Part shown: piece by piece, positions 37,440-42,694 of the stretch
Position numbering within the stretch: position 1 is the stretch's first letter
Layout: each line of letters opens with the position of its first letter
Origin: Eledone cirrhosa
Lineage: Eukaryota
Assembly (NCBI GenBank): GCA_964016885.1
Contig: CAXHJY010000483.1
Coordinates: 1 to 42,694, forward strand
Direction of reading: 5' to 3'
Length of the DNA: 42,694 nucleotides
Made by a program: the position numbers and the translations under genes
Notes under the pieces: generated by a model
Told to the model about the DNA's origin: nothing
What the model saw: the letters and a program-made list of their open reading frames with translations, nothing else
Database searches by the model: none

Positions 37440-38143
37440 ATATAATAAATAACAAAGAACGCCTATAGCATATGCATATCTTTACTTGCTAACATTGTTT
37501 CATCCGCACTATAAGTGGGACTCATCAGAGCATAAAGGTTAATTACATACCACACAAGCAATAACAAATCCAAGACATTGAAGAATGAAAAATAATAGAA
37601 GATAAAGGATATTAAGGAAGTAAAAGTAAAAATAAAAATAAAAATAAAAATAAAAATAAAAATAAAAATAAAAATAAAAATAAAAATAATAAAATAAACA
37701 ATGAAAAATAAGGGGTGCTATCAGTCACAGTTGGGCGGGGTGCTGTCAACATATAGTTACATACAAGCATACACATGGATAAGAGAACAGACAAGAGTAG
37801 ATAAGATAGATAGGATTAGGTAAGAGTAGGTAAAAAATAGGTGAAAAACAGACTTATAATATATATAAGAAAATATAAAAAAATATAACAAACATACATA
37901 TAAAATATAAAATATACAGATAATAGTGATACAGGGTAAGGAATGAAATAAAATAATATAAAATTAAAATTAAAATTATATAAAATAGAACATAATATAA
38001 TATAATCATAAAATAAGATAAAATAAGGTAAACTAAAATAAAATAAAATAGACTAAAGTAAAATAATATAATATAAGATATAATTAAATGTAATTAAATA
38101 AATAAATAAATAAATAGAATTAAATAAATAAATAAAATTAAAA

Positions 38144-38179
<36 letters not shown>

Positions 38180-38800
38180 GTAAATAAATAAATAAATAAA
38201 TAAATAAATGAAATTAAATAAATAAATAAATAAAATTAAATAAAATGAAAAGAAATAAAATAAAATAAAATAAAGTAAATTGAGATAAGATATATATTTT
38301 TTTAGAGTATATCTCTTGAATACATCAGGGGCCCACGAAGGCACTAAGTGTCACAGTTATCTGTATCACTTGACCATTTTTTTAGAATATATTTCTTGAA
38401 AATATCAGGGGCCCACGAAGGCACTAAGTGTCACAGTCACCAGTATCACTTGACCATTGCAAGGCAATGGAGGCGTCCCAGGTTGGGCAGTCCAACTGAG
38501 ACTGCCCAACCTAGGACGCCTCCATTGCCTTGCAATGGTCAAGTGATACTGGTGACTGTGACACTTAGTGCCTTCGTGGGCCCCTGATATTTTCAAGAAA
38601 TATATTCTAAAAAAATGGTCAAGTGATACAGATAACTGTGACACTTAGTGCCTTCGTGGGCCCCTGATGTATTCAAGAGATATACTCTAAAAAAATATAT
38701 ATCTTATCTCAATTTACTTTATTTTATTTTATTTTATTTCTTTTCATTTTATTTAATTTTATTTATTTATTTATTTAATTTCATTTATTTATTTATTTAC

Positions 38801-38836
<36 letters not shown>

Positions 38837-39540
38837 TTTTAATTTTAATTTTATTTATTTATTTAATTCTATTTATTTATTTATTTATTTAATTACATTT
38901 AATTATATCTTATATTATATTATTTTACTTTAGTCTATTTTATTTTATTTTAGTTTACCTTATTTTATCTTATTTTATGATTATATTATATTATGTTCTA
39001 TTTTATATAATTTTAATTTTAATTTTATATTATTTTATTTCATTCCTTACCCTGTATCACTATTATCTGTATATTTTATATTTTATATGTATGTTTGTTA
39101 TATTTTTTTATATTTTCTTATATATATTATAAGTCTGTTTTTCGCCTATGTTTTACCTACTCTTACCTAATCCTATCTATCTTATCTACTCTTGTCTGTT
39201 CTCTTATCCATGTGTATGCTTGTATGTAACTATATGTTGACAGCACCCCGCCCAACTGTGACTGATAGCACCCCTTATTTTTCATTGTTTATTTTATTAT
39301 TTTTATTTTTATTTTTATTTTTATTTTTATTTTTATTTTTATTTTTATTTTTATTTTTACTTTTACTTCCTTAATATCCTTTATCTTCTATTATTTTTCA
39401 TTCTTCAATGTCTTGGATTTGTTATTGCTTGTGTGGTATGTAATTAACCTTTATGCTCTGATGAGTCCCACTTATAGTGCGGATGAAACAATGTTAGCAA
39501 GTAAAGATATGCATATGCTATAGGCGTTCTTTGTTATTTA

Positions 39541-39546
<6 letters not shown>
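37440..39546. mobile_element. 2.1-kb near-perfect palindrome (PLE end plus inverted copy) with hammerheads near both outer ends
   Basis: Arms of about 1050 bp around spacer CAACTGA (38493-38499); identical mirror ORFs in the ORF track; long (TA)n flanks; left-only extension at 37348-37439. Confidence 0.92.
39449..39506 (+). ncRNA. Type I hammerhead (mirror copy at 37480-37537, - strand)
   Basis: CTTTATGCT-CTGATGA-GTCC CACT tat AGTG c GGAT-GAAA-C aat G-TT-AGCA ag TAAAG. Confidence 0.8.
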
Positions 39547-41682
<2,136 letters not shown>

Positions 41683-41772
41683 GGAGGTGAGTTTTTATTG
41701 TAGTACAATAAAGCAATGCAGATATCGGATAAGAAGCACTCTACAGTTTTGTAGGACTGGGAGTATTACATA

Positions 41773-42134
41773 ATATATAAGATCAAAAGATGGTTAAAGG
41801 AGTTCCATGTATTTTATTATGCGCATTTCAAAAAACAAACATCATCATGCAATAATATTTGTGTTTTTCATCAGATAAAACAGGAGGGGACATGATATGA
41901 AGGCTAAAAAAACACTTGTGGATAGTGCAGTTTTAAATCAACATATATATTGTATGTATATATGTTGATTTAAAAACTGCACTATCCACAAGTGTTTTTT
42001 TAGCCTTCATATCATGTCCTCCTGTTTTTATCTGATGAAAAACACAAATATTATTGCATGATGATGTTTGTTTTTTGAAATGCGCATAATAAAATACATG
42101 GAACTCCCTTTAACCATCTTTTGATCTTATATAT
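41773..42134. mobile_element. Palindromic PLE-end element (about 175-bp arms) with two outward-facing hammerheads
   Basis: Inverted arms around a short spacer near 41950-41956; the left arm extends about 90 bp to (TA)n. Confidence 0.88.
42026..42094 (+). ncRNA. Type I hammerhead (mirror copy at 41812-41880, - strand)
   Basis: TTTTAT-CTGATGA-AAAA..CAAATA...TGTTTG TTTT..-GAAA-TGCGCA-TA-ATAAAA; palindromic stem III. Confidence 0.8.
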
Positions 42135-42145
42135 ATATATATATA

Positions 42146-42212
<67 letters not shown>

Positions 42213-42430
42213 CGTTTTCTGAATTTGTTTAGCAAGATTCTTTATCTGAAATCGTGTGTTGAAACCGATATTGTTTATACTTTGGGAGGGGTCATGTTGC
42301 CAATAAGAAAACCACCCGCACCAGTTGCTTTCACTTCAATTTAATTTAATATATATTTATAAATTTACAAATTTATAAATTTCTGGTTGGTTGGTTGGTT
42401 CCACAACCAGATAGTTGTTTATATATATAT

Positions 42431-42475
42431 AGTCATAGTTCTTTCGTCACACACTCTGTGACCTCTTCAGTGACT
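42431..42475 (-). ncRNA. Minimal hammerhead upstream of a palindrome centred near 42612
   Basis: Reverse complement: AGTCA-CTGAAGA-gGTCACA gagtg TGTGAC-GAAA-GAAC-TA-TGACT. Confidence 0.78.
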
Positions 42476-42530
42476 GGGGGATTTCCTTTCTTCGTTTCTG
42501 TGCCTTTCCTTTCTTCTATCCTACGCCATT

Positions 42531-42694
42531 TTGTTTGTGTGTGGGTTGCGTGCTCAGTTTGCGCATGCGCCACATCCGGGTGTCTGTGTGTGTGTTTGTG
42601 TTCATTTTTTCTAGAAAAATGAACACAAACACACACAGACACCCGGATTGTGGGCGCATGCGCAAAACTGAGCACGCAACCCACACACAAACAA
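42531..42694. repeat. Inverted repeat centred on TTTTTCTAGAAAAA, truncated by the window end
   Basis: 42613-42694 is the near-exact reverse complement of 42531-42612. Confidence 0.9.

Noticed and set aside
38500-38700. Mirror ORFs and a roughly 80-bp internal duplication at the palindrome centre as a gene
   Set aside because: Short, stop-ridden in other frames and a product of symmetry; a faint resemblance to a PLE endonuclease end is too weak to call.

Overview
AT-rich, microsatellite-saturated eukaryotic DNA; the repeat families look like those I recall from octopus/coleoid cephalopod genomes (inference, not checked). Almost all listed ORFs are (TA)n/(CA)n artefacts. One real host gene is visible on the + strand: three exons (28498-30112, 32498-32683, 36963-37086) encoding a coiled-coil protein resembling CCDC150, with an in-frame block of about 21 tandem 16-17 aa repeats in the first visible exon. 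The most striking signal is a dense set of hammerhead ribozyme motifs: 16 copies at 12 loci, most unrelated outside the catalytic core. They sit in short Penelope-like (PLE) retroelement ends, mostly inserted into (TA)n tracts. Five loci are fold-back palindromes (arms about 110 to 1050 bp; one is cut by the window end) with the ribozymes pointing outward. These and three mini-hairpin elements recurrently carry an RCTC...GAGYRCT motif in the unpaired extension. Also present: two non-autonomous Helitrons, RTE, CR1 and Tx1-like LINE fragments (one RTE with twin-priming inversion geometry), tRNA-derived SINEs with TSDs, a hAT-like MITE, a long-TIR element with a coding-like interior, an old inverted duplication that supplies empty-site controls, and several minisatellites. 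Family assignments come from motif recall, not database searches, and coordinates were counted by hand.
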